Below, piece by piece: positions 27,827 to 41,233 of a stretch of DNA of 64,000 nt. Both the position numbers and the translations under genes were made by a program. The stretch is from the human T2T-CHM13v2.0 reference genome, Homo sapiens. Numbering within the stretch: position 1 is the first letter of the stretch; every line of letters starts with the position of its first letter. The notes under the pieces were generated by a model. The model saw only the letters and a list, made by a program, of their open reading frames with translations. It was not told where the DNA came from and did not search any database. Location of the stretch: the NCBI RefSeq assembly GCF_009914755.1, contig NC_060947.1; one strand, 5' to 3'.

Positions 27827-27868
<42 letters not shown>
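27826..27868. repeat. (TG)n(AG)n compound microsatellite
   Basis: Directly visible. Confidence 0.92.
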
Positions 27869-27869
<1 letters not shown>

Positions 27870-29733
27870 AGGGGGAAAGGGGGCAGAGGGGAGACAGAGA
27901 GACAGAAAAAACCATGAATTAGTGAGGGAACTTCAGAATTCTACAGTCCTGTGTTTTAATGAGGAAAAGCAAACTTGAATCCTGAGTTTAACTTGAATTT
28001 AACAGTAACTTTACCTTGGATCCATGGAATTACAGTGTTGGGAGGAGCCTCAGGGAAGAGTTAATTAAGTAGGTCATTCTTTAGATACAAACATGCACAT
28101 CTTCGACCTTTTATAGTATCACTCCTGTGTTCAATCCACAGCCCCAGGCCTTCCACTCAGTCCCACTCACAATCTATTTTGATGCAATTTATTTTATTTC
28201 TATATTTCTCCACATCCTTTTTTCTCTTGCATGAAGAACCTCCATGTAGATTTCTGCAGCTAGTTAGGAGTTATTCTGTGATTAGTTAAGATAGTAGCAC
28301 AGCTCTTCCAAAGCTTCTGGTTCAGCTCCCCAAGATAGCCACTTATGCCTTCTGTTCTTAAAGGCTCCAGAGAGGGAGAGTACATTTGGATCTATTGAAG
28401 CCCAATTCAAGGGCTTCACATCCTTCTCTGGCTAGAAACCCTTATGTTAAATGGAAATTTCCTTCACTGCAGTTTGAACTTCTTGCCTCTTGCCCCTTTT
28501 TCAGTGCAGACATATAACAAGCAGTCAGCCTCCCCTTTATAGCAGCTTTTCACTTTATTACTTAGATATAGACTTTATGTTGATGCTCAGTTTTTGCTTC
28601 TCTTGAAGGTCACACACCCATTAAATTCATTTTTTTAAACTTAAACTGATTTGTTTGGTGTTGTGTGACTAGGCAAGTCTTGGACCTGGCGTCTTACCAA
28701 TGCTTTCAGCCTTTCCAGTTTTTCAAAATGTACCATTATTTCTGTGCCTCTATTCTGGACTCTAGGTTTTCTGCTTTTCCCTTAAAGAAAGTCAAAACCA
28801 ATTTCTTACATGTGTGAATCCCTTAGGCTATGTGGTACAAACATGTCTGGTGAAGGAGACCTATTTGGAAAGTAGGGTTAGCAGTATCTTGATGAGTTGA
28901 GAACACAAGAAGCAGGGAAAATTCATACCATTAGAGCTGGATTGGTGTTACCAATAAGATCAATGGGACACCAGCATTCATCCAATAAAATCATCTATAC
29001 TCAGAAAATGAGAAAGACTGGATTTGAGCTACTAAGACAGGAGACCAGGCAGAGCAATTAATGTTAAATTAACAAAATGGCTGAGAGTCAAACAAGGGGA
29101 ACAAGAATCAAAACTAATGGGAAAGCAGTCTGATTAAGCAATGTCTACACGTTTCCACAGTCACTGTTTTAAATAAACTGGCCTTTTAAAGTGATTTAAA
29201 AGTCTTTATGTTTTAGTTGGTGGTGGCTAAGTCTTTGAGTCATCTAAGAAGAATGTACAGCATGACTACTTTCTGGACCTCCATTTTCTCATCTTTAAAA
29301 CAAGAATTTTACCAGAGTTTTTCAGGATCACATCAAATCCTATCATCCTGATTCACTCATTTGACTTGGAATTATAACCTAACTTGTATCCACTATAAAA
29401 GAGGGCGCTTACAGGTCCCAAGTCATAGATCATGCCTAAAAGTCTCTGACGTGGAAAGTGAGGAAAACTTGTTTATTTCTAGTCACCTGATGTCTGAAGA
29501 GAAAAATGCCATCCCTTGAGACAATGAAGGAGCAGACACAGGTAGTAGGGATAAATTTCCTGGTTCTTGAGTTACTAGGTACACCTCTCTATCTGCAAGG
29601 CTCCAACACAAGAAATGCTTAGAATCCATTAGTAGGAAACTCAAAGTGTAACTGTCAACAATGCAATTATATTTATGACACTTCTCTAAAGAAAAGAGTT
29701 CTTTTAATCATGAAGCTTGAGTGCCTTTGATAC

Positions 29734-29967
29734 CTTTTAATTTTTCAGCAACAATGCTGCATTCATGATCTGAATAGTGGACCACTGGGGGTGGAGATGG
29801 TGGACGCAATCTTTCTTCTTCCATTCTTCTACGATGGCGCTCCTCTCTGGCTAGCATACGCTGTTTACACTCCCACTCATACAGGTCATCTCGAGCCTGT
29901 GCGAAATCAACGTGGAGTCTGCCTGTGTCCTTCTTGTCAGTACTAGAGCCCAGGCGAATGCGGTAAC
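29734..29967 (-). CDS. ENOX2: ENOX2 exon D (234 nt): (G)YRIRLGSSTDKKDTGRLHVDFAQARDDLYEWECKQRMLAREERHRRRMEEERLRPPSPPPVVHYSDHECSIVAEKLK(D)
   Basis: Acceptor ggacttag|GTTAC after a long CT tract, donor AAAG|gtatca; phase 1-1. Confidence 0.96.
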
Positions 29968-29977
29968 CTAAGTCCAC

Positions 29978-30060
29978 AGGAGGGTGAAAGGGAGAGGAGA
30001 GAGGGAGAGAAGGAGAGAAGTAGAGGGAGAGAGAGACAGAGACAGAGAGAGAGAGAGACA
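29978..30060. repeat. GA-rich low-complexity tract, read as the extended polypyrimidine tract of exon D on the minus strand
   Basis: ~80 nt of nearly pure purines on the + strand adjacent to the exon D acceptor. Confidence 0.85.
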
Positions 30061-32013
30061 TGAAAGACTATACATACTTTTCCAAGTTCAGTGTTTCAGA
30101 TGTCACTGCAGCAGTTCCAAGTGACCACACAACTCCAAATTCTCTCCCCATGCTTAGCAAGTAAATCATCAAAAGATTTAGATTATCTCTGATAATAGCT
30201 CACATTCTATGGGTTGGGTTAGTCTTGTTCTTAAGAGTTCCATTCCTCCATCTAATACCTTACCTCTGGCTGAGGTTGGCTCCGTGGGTAATAGTATCAA
30301 GCATGATCGTTATATGGCACCAAGGGCTGGGAAGAATGGAAAAGGTGGCCTCAAACGAACTTGTCTTTAAATAAATTCAAGAGTGTCCATTATACTATCA
30401 CAAAGATTTTGGTAAAACTTAAATGCATTAACTTGGTATTTTAATCCCTAAAATTGCTTCCTAGAAGCATTTGTCAACTGTGAGCCATTTTTTTTCTAAA
30501 AAAAAAAAAAGATGGGGAGTGATGTGTGACCCAGGTGACATATAATTTGGGATCCTTAAAAAAAAAGATGTAGTGTGATTATAATATAGTAGTATAGGAC
30601 TGGGATTCAGAAAACCTGATTCAACTCCATACCTCCTCTTTCTGTGCCAGCTATACTTACCCAAGTCATGTATCTTAAAAAAAGTGGGGAAAAAACTAAG
30701 TACTTTTTCAGTTTCAAGAGCTCAGCTAGATACTTCCATAGGAATTTATCTCATTTCATTATCAGCACAAGCTTGCAGGGTAGAAGGGTAGAACATTATA
30801 CCAAACAGAAAACTGAGCATCAAAAGAGGTTAGGGAGGTTAAGTGGCTTGCCCTGGGTCAGACAATTAGCAAACAGTAGAGCTGGCTCTTGAATCCAGGA
30901 CATTAGACTCTGTGCTTTCCTTTATTCTAACCTGCCTCTCAAGAATAATACCCAACATAGACTTTTGCTTCTGGCTAAGATAGAGTAACGGGTTAGATTT
31001 GTCCTCCTACCTTAAACAACTAAAAATATGGATAAAATATATGAAATAATGCTTTTTAAAGAACTGTACATAAGACAATGAAGACAGGGATCACTGAGAG
31101 ACAAGAACCAAATGAAGTGATCCCTATGATTGCCCCAGTTTATTTCCTAATAAGAAAGTTTCCTAATAAGAGAGTTTTTGGGCCTCAGCACAGGGAAGGG
31201 AACTCAGACAGGGCACGATGGTGTTCCCAAGTTAAGGAGACTGAACTGGGAGTCTAGGAAGACTATGGAAATAGAGTTCATAAGGCAGAGTACCAGAAAG
31301 AAGAAAGCTGCACAGAGAAAGAGCTTCAGAGATATGCAGAGGGTCCTCCACTATTATTTAGCTGAGTACTAATGTCTATATGTGTGGGAAACTACCTGAG
31401 CATTAGAGGTAACAATCCCTGAAAAGCTCCCACAGGGTTGGGAATAGCTCCTTTTCCTACCAGCCAGAGCAGAAAAACTCACACTTCTGGTACTGGGTGA
31501 TCAGAAGGGTTCTGCCTTAATAGTGGAGAAAAATTAGCCCTAAACTCCTCTGGTCTTGCTGAACAAAGCTTAAGAAGCAAGACCTAAAAGGACCAAAATT
31601 TTCCCAAGTTACTTAACTGCATTTAGAACAAAACTCAAGACTATTTATAGAAATAAAAATATGCCACCAAATAAGGTAAACTTTAATAAAAAAATTACTT
31701 GGAATGCAACGATGCAGGAAAATATGACCCATAATAAAGATTTTAAAAATCAGCCAATCCAAACAGACCCAGAAGTGATGCAGATAATTTAATTAGTAGA
31801 TAAGGATACAAAAACAATGATGAAAATTTGATTTCACATGCTCAAGAAGCTAGAGAAAAGACTGGTCATACTAAGGAGAAACATGAAAGATATAAAAAGA
31901 GCCACAATCAAACATCTACAGGCTTAAGCTACAATGTCTAAGTTGAAAAAAACATCAACAGACAGGACTGATGGCAAATTAGATGCTGCATAAGAAAAAA
32001 ATTAATGAAACTG

Positions 32014-34061
32014 GGGGCTCCCAGCACCTGAGCCTTCTGCCTGCACCCACCTGAGAATTCTAATGGTGACTGGGGACCAGCCTGCCCTCCCTATCGCAGC
32101 CACCACCTGAACCCTGGGGGCCTGAGAATAAGCCTGCTGGCCCGGTCCTGGTGGAGTCCCTCCAGGGCCCCCGCACACCATCCAGTGGGCCACTTAGGGG
32201 CCTGGGAATTGAAGGACTGCTTAGCTCAGTCCATCACTGCTGGCGCCTGACCACTTGGCCTGAGGCCTGAGGTTGGGCCCAAGCAGCCGGCACCCCCACA
32301 GTTGCCTCCCACTCTCACATGCTGAAAGGCAGAGTCCCTCCCCGTCTTTACACAGAGCTGTGTAAAAGAATAGGTGAGCCACAAAGCTGTCTGTACTGGG
32401 CTGAGGGAAGAGCTTCCTCCCCAAAGTCACTCCTTTCAGCTACATGGTAGCCTGGAGATAGATGGACAGTGTGTAAACTGAGTCAGGAGCCCCAGGAGAG
32501 GGTTGTGACAGAGAAACATTGTGATCCTGCCTGTCTAAGAAGTGGAGCTGATGTGGCCCCCTCATCCCCTGAAGAGACCTCGGCACATTTCTCCAAGAGT
32601 TCCCCTAGCCACTCCTGTCAGGGGTGCTGCCTGTGCTCATCATTGGGTTATTCGTGGGTGAGCTTGTTTGTCCAGCTCCACCCAGCTTTGTCCTCCATCC
32701 ACTCTCCCTGGGCTGAATAGGGAACCTGGAATTTCACAGACCAGCCCATCATCTGAAAGAACAGAGAGCACCTCACAGTAAGAAAACATCCAGTACATAC
32801 CGATCTGCTTCTGCCACAGGTGGCTCTTACCTGTAGGCGCCACCTACTCACCAGGAGGTTAAACTGCACAGCACAATAGGACACCTGCTGACAGAAGTGC
32901 ACAGGGCTAAAGAAGCAAAGCCAAAGGACCCTACCCAACATACGCTACAGTCACATCTTCGGAGTTGGGGGACGTCCCATCCAAATGAAATTAGATTCAA
33001 AAATAAGAAGTGACAGCTTCCCCACGTGAAAAGGAACCAGTGTAAGAACTCGGGGTGTTGCAACACCCCGAAAAGATCACACTAGCTGTCTAGCAATGGA
33101 TCCTAATGAAAATGAAAATTCTGAAACGACAAAGAATTCAAAATATGGATTGTAAGGAAGCTCAATGAGATCCAAGAGAAAGTTGAAAACTAACACAAAG
33201 CAACGAGAAAAACAATGCAGGATATGAAAGAAGAGATAGAGATCTTGAAAAAAAAAAACAGAACTTAGGGAAATTAAAAATTCACTGAAGGAGTTAGAAA
33301 ATACAGTCGGAAGCTTTAATAACAGGCTATACCAAGCAGAAGAAAGAATTTCAGAGCTTGAACACTGGTCTTTTGAACTGACCCTGTCAGACAAAAATAA
33401 TAAAAAAGGAATTTAAAACAATGAATAAAGCCTTTGAGAAATTTGGGATTCTGTAAAGCAACCACACCTATGAGTAATAGGCATTCCTGAGTGAGAAGAA
33501 TAAAAGTAAAAACTTTGAAAAACATATTTGAGGGAATAATCCAGGAAAATTTGCCTGGTCTTGCAAGGGATGTAGACACCCAGGTACAAGAAGCTCAGAG
33601 AACACCTGGAAGATATTTTGCAAGAAGAATATCATCAGGGCATATAGGCATCAGATTATCCAATGTGAAGGAAAAAATTCTGAAAGCAGCAAAAGAGAAG
33701 CATTTCTTTTCTCCTGTCTCACTGGATTATATGAAGATTGGGCTTTTGGATGTGTGAATTTAGTAATACTTTAAAATGTAAATGCAGGCTATTATCCTAA
33801 GTGAAATAACTCAGAAACAGAAAATCAAATACCATGTGTTCTCACTTATAAGTGGGAGCTAAACAATGGGTACACATAAAGATAGATAATAGACACTGGG
33901 GACTCCAAAAGTGAAGAGTGTGGGAGGGGAATGAGGGTTGAAAATTAACTATTGGATATAATAATCACTATTTGGGTGATGGGTATACTAGAAGCCCAAA
34001 GCTCACTATTACACAATATACTCATGTAACAAACTTGCACAGGTGCCCCCGCATCTATAAT
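32014..34061 (+). mobile_element. L1PB-like element with a large internal deletion (5' UTR + partial ORF1 joined to 3' end)
   Basis: GC-rich 5' UTR, ORF1-like ORF 33491..33757 (LKNIFEGIIQENLPGLARD), 3' UTR from ~33786; 20-bp TSD (18/20) at 31994-32013 and 34062-34081. Confidence 0.85.
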
Positions 34062-34384
34062 GAAAAAAATGAATGAAATTGAAGACCTAGCAATAGAAAC
34101 TATCTGTAATAAAATACAGAAAGAAAAAAGACTGAAAAAAAAAAAAAGAACAGAATAGCAGTGAGCTGCGAGACAACTTCAAGGGGCCTAATATATGCCT
34201 AATTGGAGCACCAAAAGACAGGGGAAGAGAACAGAAAAAAATTAAATAAGGGGAGAAAATTTTTCACATTTGATCCAAACTCACAGATCCAAAAAGTTCA
34301 ATGAACCCCAAGCACGAGAAACAAGAAGAAAATTACATCAAAGCATATCATAATTGAATTGCTCAAAACCAGCAATAAATATCT

Positions 34385-35117
34385 TTTTTTATTATTATTA
34401 TCATACTTTAAGTTTTAGGGTACATGTGCACATTGTGCAGGTTAGTCACATATGTATACATGTGCCATGCTGGTGCGCTGCACCCACTAACTCGTCATCT
34501 AGCATTAGGTATATCTCCTAATGCTATCCCTCCCCCCTCCCCCAACCCCACAACAGTCCCCAGAGTGTGATGTTCCCCTTCCCGTGTCCATGTGTTCTCA
34601 TTGTTCAATTCCCACCTATGAGTGAGAACATGCGGTGTTTGGTTTTTTGTCCTTGCGATAGTTTACTGAGAATGATGATTTCCAATTTCATCCATGTCCC
34701 TACAAAGGACATGAACTCATCATTTTTTATGGCTGCATAGTATTCCATGGTGTATATGTGCCACATTTTCTTAATCCAGTCTATCATTGTTGGACATTTG
34801 GGTTGGTTCCAAGTCTTTGCTATTGTGAATAGTGCCGCAATAAACATACGTGTGCATATGTCTTTATAGCAGCATGATTTATAGTCCTTTGGGTATATAC
34901 CCAGTAATGGGATGGCTGGGTCAAATGGTATTTCTAGTTCTAGATCCCTAAGGAATCACCACACTGACTTCCACATGGTTGAACTAGTTTACAGTCCCAC
35001 CAACAGTGTAAAAGTGTTCCTATTTCTCCACATCCTCTCCAGCACCTGTTGTTTCCTGACTTTTTAATGATTGCCATTCTAACTGGTGTGAGATGGTATC
35101 TCATTGTGGTTTTGATT
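34385..35117 (-). mobile_element. Young 5'-truncated L1 (L1PA2/3-like)
   Basis: ORF 34605..34847 is the intact ORF2p C-terminus (MFIAALFTIAKTWNQPKCP...SLIGGN); TSD TAAATATCT at 34376-34384 and 35118-35126. Confidence 0.93.
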
Positions 35118-37304
35118 TAAATATCTCAAAAGCATCCATGGACAAAAGACACATTATGTACAGAGAAACACAGATAAAGATAACATCACATTTCTTGTTG
35201 GATACAATGCAAGCAAGAAAATGGTGGAACAACATCTGAGAGAGGACAAACATCTTTCAAAAAGAAAGGTGAAACACTTTTTCAAATCAACGTTGAAAGA
35301 ATTCATCAGGAACAGACCTGCTCTACAAAAAATGTTAAAGGAAATTCAAGCATAGGGAAAATGACACCAAGTGGAAATATGGATCTATAGAAAGGAAGGA
35401 AGAGCATACACAATGTGTGATTCCATTTATGTAAAGTTCTAGAAAATGACACTAATCTGATAGAGAACAGATAAATGGTTGCCTGAAGGGAGAGTGGTGA
35501 GGGGTAGAAGGACAGGATTGCAAAAGGGGTGTAAAGGAAGCTTTTGGGGATAACAGACATATTCATTATTTTCATTGTTGGTGATGGTTTCATACCTGAA
35601 TACATATATAGAATATTATATAATTGTATTTTTGAAATATGTTAAGATCATTGTATGTCAATTATTATACCTCACTAAAATTAAATTATTATAGCTAATT
35701 AAAGCTGTTACAAAGAATAATATTACCCAGTAATGCCAAAACTGTCATACATTCTTTTTAGAAAAAGGAAGAATGAATACATTTCATAAGCAAGCCTTTC
35801 TAGGGCTCTTTACAGTTTATAATACACTTGCACATCCATTCATCTTATTTGATCATCTGAGCCATCAGAAAAATGGGGCTACCAATGATTACCTTGCCTA
35901 TTCTCCCAGAACTGTGGAGAGGATCAAATGAGAGGATGAGATGAAAGCTCTACATAAACCTCATTAAAGATGCTACAATGCTATGGGGTGGGTGCACTGT
36001 GCACAGTGCCAGCTCCCAAAGGTGCTCCAATTCCATCAGAAAAAAAATGAAGATCTCCACATTTTCTAGCCCCCTTTTGTAAGGGATTTTTTTTTTGTTT
36101 CTTTTAACTGCTTTCTTTTACAAAATGAGATAACAGCCACCCCATTCAGGAGATTGCTAGCACTTGGGCACTTTCAGGGGGACAGATTCAAATTTAAAGG
36201 GCAAAATTTAGTTGTTTTCATATCACTGATGGAAATCCCCTTTCTTTTGGCAGCCCTAAGAATGTTTCTAGGAGGTGGCTGTTAACAGAGAGCTGATTTT
36301 GGTGATGTTTAGATGGATGCTTCCTGAACAGTATATTGTCTTTTAAGTACACCTACGCAGGGTTTTTTGAGACCTTTATGTTCTTATTAAAATAGTCTCG
36401 TGGAATGCTCTGTTATTATTAAGTGCTGCCGAATTTTTGGTAATTAGATTCTATAGCACTTACCAAATGTAAAAAGAGTATTCTCCATCTACACCTCCTC
36501 CTTTCCTTACCCATGTTACCAGCCTACTTTTTCAAACCTTTGTTACCTTTTCCCTGGCCTATTACAACAGGCTTCTAACTGACCTCCTCTCCTCTTTTCA
36601 CATCTCTCCTCTAATACAGTTTTATATAGAGCTGTCAAATTAATCTTGCGGAAATAATTATCTTCCTTGTTCAAAAATTTCTTCAATTCCCTATTACCTG
36701 AGGAGTAAAGACCCAACTGTTAAGCCTTTTGGAGTGTGCTAATAACTGATATTTTGCCTCCTCCTCTCATGTCTACTTAGTAAACAAACCACTACTCACT
36801 GTTTCCTGAATGTTTGCCAAAGCTTACCACCTTTGTACTTTTGCTCATGCTGTTTTCATGCCCCATTGTCCACAAGCAAATGTTTTCCCTTTGTCAAAGA
36901 CTTGGTCCAAAAGCTACCTTTCTTGATGCCCCCAGTTAGGAGTCAGAAATATTCTCGTTCTCCCTCTCCTACCTTCCTCCCTCACTTCCTCCTCCATGGC
37001 ACTTATAACTTTTAATCTCTTATTAGCAGTGTGTGTATCATATCAGTGTATTGAGTAATGCCTGGCACTAAATACATTTTTCTTTAATAAATAAGTGTAT
37101 GACTACATACTAACCCTAAATTCATTAAGGGGAAGAACTAGGTTTTACTCATTTTCTACTCTGCATAGCATCTAGCACAAGAGTTTACAGAAAAAAGATG
37201 TTCAATAAGTACCTGTTATACCAATGAAGATGCTGTCATCATGAAATGTCTAGCACTTAGACTCAATTCTTCCAAACCATTACTGTTAGGCAAAGAAGTA
37301 GTTC

Positions 37305-37922
<618 letters not shown>

Positions 37923-37999
37923 CACCCTAAATCTGAATTTTTACTATAAACAGGAGATTTTATGCAAAGTAGTTCTTACTATCTCCACTCCAACCACTG

Positions 38000-39170
38000 T
38001 ACTATACAGGCCACCATCACTTCTGGGTTAGACTAATATTACAGCTGGTTAACTTAGTTCCCAGTCACCACTCCTGCTCATACCTCTCAGCCCATCTTCT
38101 GCTCAGAAGTAACATTTGTAAAATGTAAATCAGATCATGTCACTGAATTCCTTAAAATCCTCCAGTGGCTTCCAGAATAAAACTCATTGTCATAGTTGCC
38201 TGCCTTTCAGATTTCATTTCCCTCCACTCCCTCTCTCATTTTCTATGCTCCAGTCATACTAACTTTCTATCCTCTGCTTGAACATACCAAGTCCATTTTC
38301 ATCTCACGGACTTTGGCTTGGTGTTCCTTATTTTGGAACGCTCTTCCCCAAGATGTTTACATGGCAATCTCTCTTCACATTATTCAAGTCTCAGTTCAAA
38401 TGTCAGAGAAGACTTCCTTTCCTAACAACTCTGGGTACCTTAACCTTTTTTATCTTCCTCGGAGCACTTAGTACTGAAAGTAACTTATTTATTTGTTTTC
38501 ATATATATTATATTTTGCCATTTCCAGAATGTAAAATCCTTGATGACAGGAAGTCTATCTGCCTCACCCTTTGCTGCATCCCCAGCAACCTAGCATTCTG
38601 CCTAGCAGTCAATAAATATTTGACAAATAACTGACTTCCATAACTATTTATGAGTATCTACTTTTGTGCCAGGTTATGTGCTAGATGCTGGGGATTCAAT
38701 GTTAAATAAGACACAGTCCCTGCCCTTAAGGATTTCACGTTCTGGTGGGGGAGATGGATGTGGAAAGAGACAGTTCTAGCATGGTACAGTAGGTGTCATG
38801 TTGGGAGGAAGCACCAGGTGCTGTGAAAGCCCTGAGGAAGGAGTGCCTAAAGCAGTGCTGGGCAGAGTGGGGAGACAGGTCAGAGATAGCTTTCCAGAGG
38901 AGGGTGTGCTTGAGCTGGAGCTTTAGGGGGTGTGTGTGGTGGGCAGGGTGACTCTAGTCAGAGGAAAAGGCATAAAACACCATGGCACATTCTGGGAATT
39001 CGAGTTCACTTAGTGTGGTTGGGACATGGTGTGTGAGGGAAGGAAGGACTGGGAGATGACTCTAAGAAGGACAGCCCACAGTCAAGGCCTTTAGATGCCA
39101 CATGTGAGGAGTCTGGATTTATCCCATAGACAACTGGGAGCTACTGAAGAGCTTTAAAGGAAGAAGTTGA
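38000..39170. mobile_element. Two tail-to-tail L2 3' fragments (+ to ~38640, then -)
   Basis: aaatcagatcatgtcact and caataaatatttg on +; tatttatgagtatctac...gtgctagatgctgggga...agtccctgccct on -. Confidence 0.7.
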
Positions 39171-39310
39171 ATGGGAACATTCAGTTTCCACCTCTGAAGG
39201 CAAGAGCAGGTAATACTAAGCCCAAACTTATCTGCTATAGACACAAATAGTTCTATCTTTAATATCTGCGTTGTGCCTGGTGGGCACAATCCTCACATCT
39301 AAACACCTAC

Positions 39311-39517
39311 CAGACAGATACAGGGCTTTGTCCACCATGTACTCCTCAGCAAAGCGAATGTGGCAGAAGTTCTTCTTGCTCTTGCGAATGGCAATGATCT
39401 CTCCACACTGCTCGAAAACTTCCACAATGATTTGCTCTGTCCCATTTTCAGGCAGACCACCCACAAATACTGTTTTGCATCCTGGTGGTCTTTCTCGGGT
39501 TGCAGGAGGTGGGAGAT
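39311..39517 (-). CDS. ENOX2: ENOX2 exon C (207 nt), RRM: (N)LPPPATRERPPGCKTVFVGGLPENGTEQIIVEVFEQCGEIIAIRKSKKNFCHIRFAEEYMVDKALYLS(G)
   Basis: Acceptor acaacttag|ATCTC, donor TCTG|gtaggt; RNP2-like VFVGGL and RNP1-like KNFCHIRF motifs. Confidence 0.96.
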
Positions 39518-41040
39518 CTAAGTTGTAAGGGCAAAAACATTTGAAATTAAAATGTTTGCTTGGGACAGACCTCTTCGAAATCTAACATTTCCCTGCTATC
39601 CCTGTCAAACTTTTGTCTAAGAGTGTCAGAAGGATGTGGCCTCTGAGGTGTTCATCTCTGCTCCACAGAAAACTGACTGAGTGAACCTGAAAATCATTTT
39701 ATTCAATCGTTTGCTGACCATGATATCTGGAGCATAAAGACCCAGGCCTATTTGTCTGTCCCATCCAGAGTCCTTTAGTTTTGTTCGTTACTTTTGTTGT
39801 GACAATCCAGCTATGCCAAATTTTTAGTCATTTTTATTAAGAAATTAGTGGGAGAAAATCCCACTCAGTTTAAACTGTTATTTTCAAGAGTTCTCAGAAC
39901 CAGGGTTCCTGAGGAAGGATTTGTTTAATTCAGATTGTAGTTACTACATTCTCTCTGTTAATGCTTTTTGAAGGAACAGATTCAGGATTAATTTGACAAT
40001 GATGGGGTACCTACTTACAACAATGCCTACAGCTGTCAGAATGATTTGGTTTCACAAAATCAGTCAGAGTACAAACCATCCCTTTTATGTTGTTTTTTTC
40101 AATATCAGTGAGCCTTTCCTCAAATTCCTTGCTGGAGAGGTGAGGTCCAGAGTCTGTCTTGCAGCATTTACAGGGAAATATGAAAGACAGCAGAGAAAAT
40201 AAGCTCGTCTGGGAAATCATTAACTAAAGTGAGATAAATTTGGCCATAGAGAATCATTAAAAACCTACTTAATGAGATGATTCTCCCTCTGCTTCAAAAA
40301 AATATGCACTCATCTTAAACATAAAGCCTGTTCTATCTGCCAGCTCTTTGTTGCTATTTATATGTATCAAAGCAATTTCCAAGCAAACTCCTACAGTTTG
40401 TAGCCCAACAAAACAAAGCATGATGGTCATGGGTTTTCTAGTGTTGGTTTTGTATCCGCAAGGATTTATTTTGTGTAATCCATTCTTTTCCATTCAGCTC
40501 TTAACAACAATTCTCCTAGCTCAAGATTTGGAGAGCTCAACAACCAGTGATTATAGCTCACATGCAAAAATAAATGAGTCATGTTCATAGATTAGGCCAA
40601 GGCCCCCAACCTGACTCTTATCCAAGTTGGCAAGCAGTTGATTTGGGAGCCTCCTTGGGTATCAGGATCTCTAGCTTCCTCACTTTGCTACTACTCTCTG
40701 TCTTGTTGGTGTGGCTAAGAATAATCAGTTACTCATAATACTCTCTTTCCCTGTATTTGGTCAAAAAAAGGGGTAAAGGGATTCAGGGAACTTACAAACT
40801 TTCTGTTAATTTTTACAAGTCTGTAATTTCAAGACCTCACTGTACTGGTTTTTTGTTCCATATGAAAGGATTAGAGGGAAAGGGAAAATAACCTAGTGAG
40901 CAGGAATCTGAAATGTCTTAGTCACAAGCACTGAAGAGGTTGTAGTTTGGGCCAAAATAGAGAAGATGAGGTCTAGAATTGTTTGAGACTTATGCTTTTG
41001 AGTTTTTAAGAACTGGAAGGGATTCTAGCCATCACACTTC

Positions 41041-41233
41041 CAGTGATTCTTAACTCTGGTGGCACATTTGAATCAATTTGGAAGTTAAACAAATAATGCC
41101 TGGGTCCCACCCCAGTGGGTCTGATTTATTTAATTAGTCTGGGGTGCAGCCTGTGCATTCGTTTTTTTTTGTTTTTGTTGCTTTTTAAGCTTCTCAGGCA
41201 GTTGTAATGTGTAGTTAAGGTTGAAAACTATTG
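41041..41233. mobile_element. MER5B-like MITE
   Basis: cagtgattcttaac ... tgcctgggtcccacccc ... ggttgaaaactattg terminal inverted ends. Confidence 0.7.

Larger units (their letters stand above)
30958..35710 (+). mobile_element. Ancient L1M (5' UTR/ORF1 and 3' fragments) hosting two nested younger L1s
   Basis: L1M motifs at 30958-32013, 34062-34384 and 35118-35710 that continue across the nested insertions. Confidence 0.75.
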
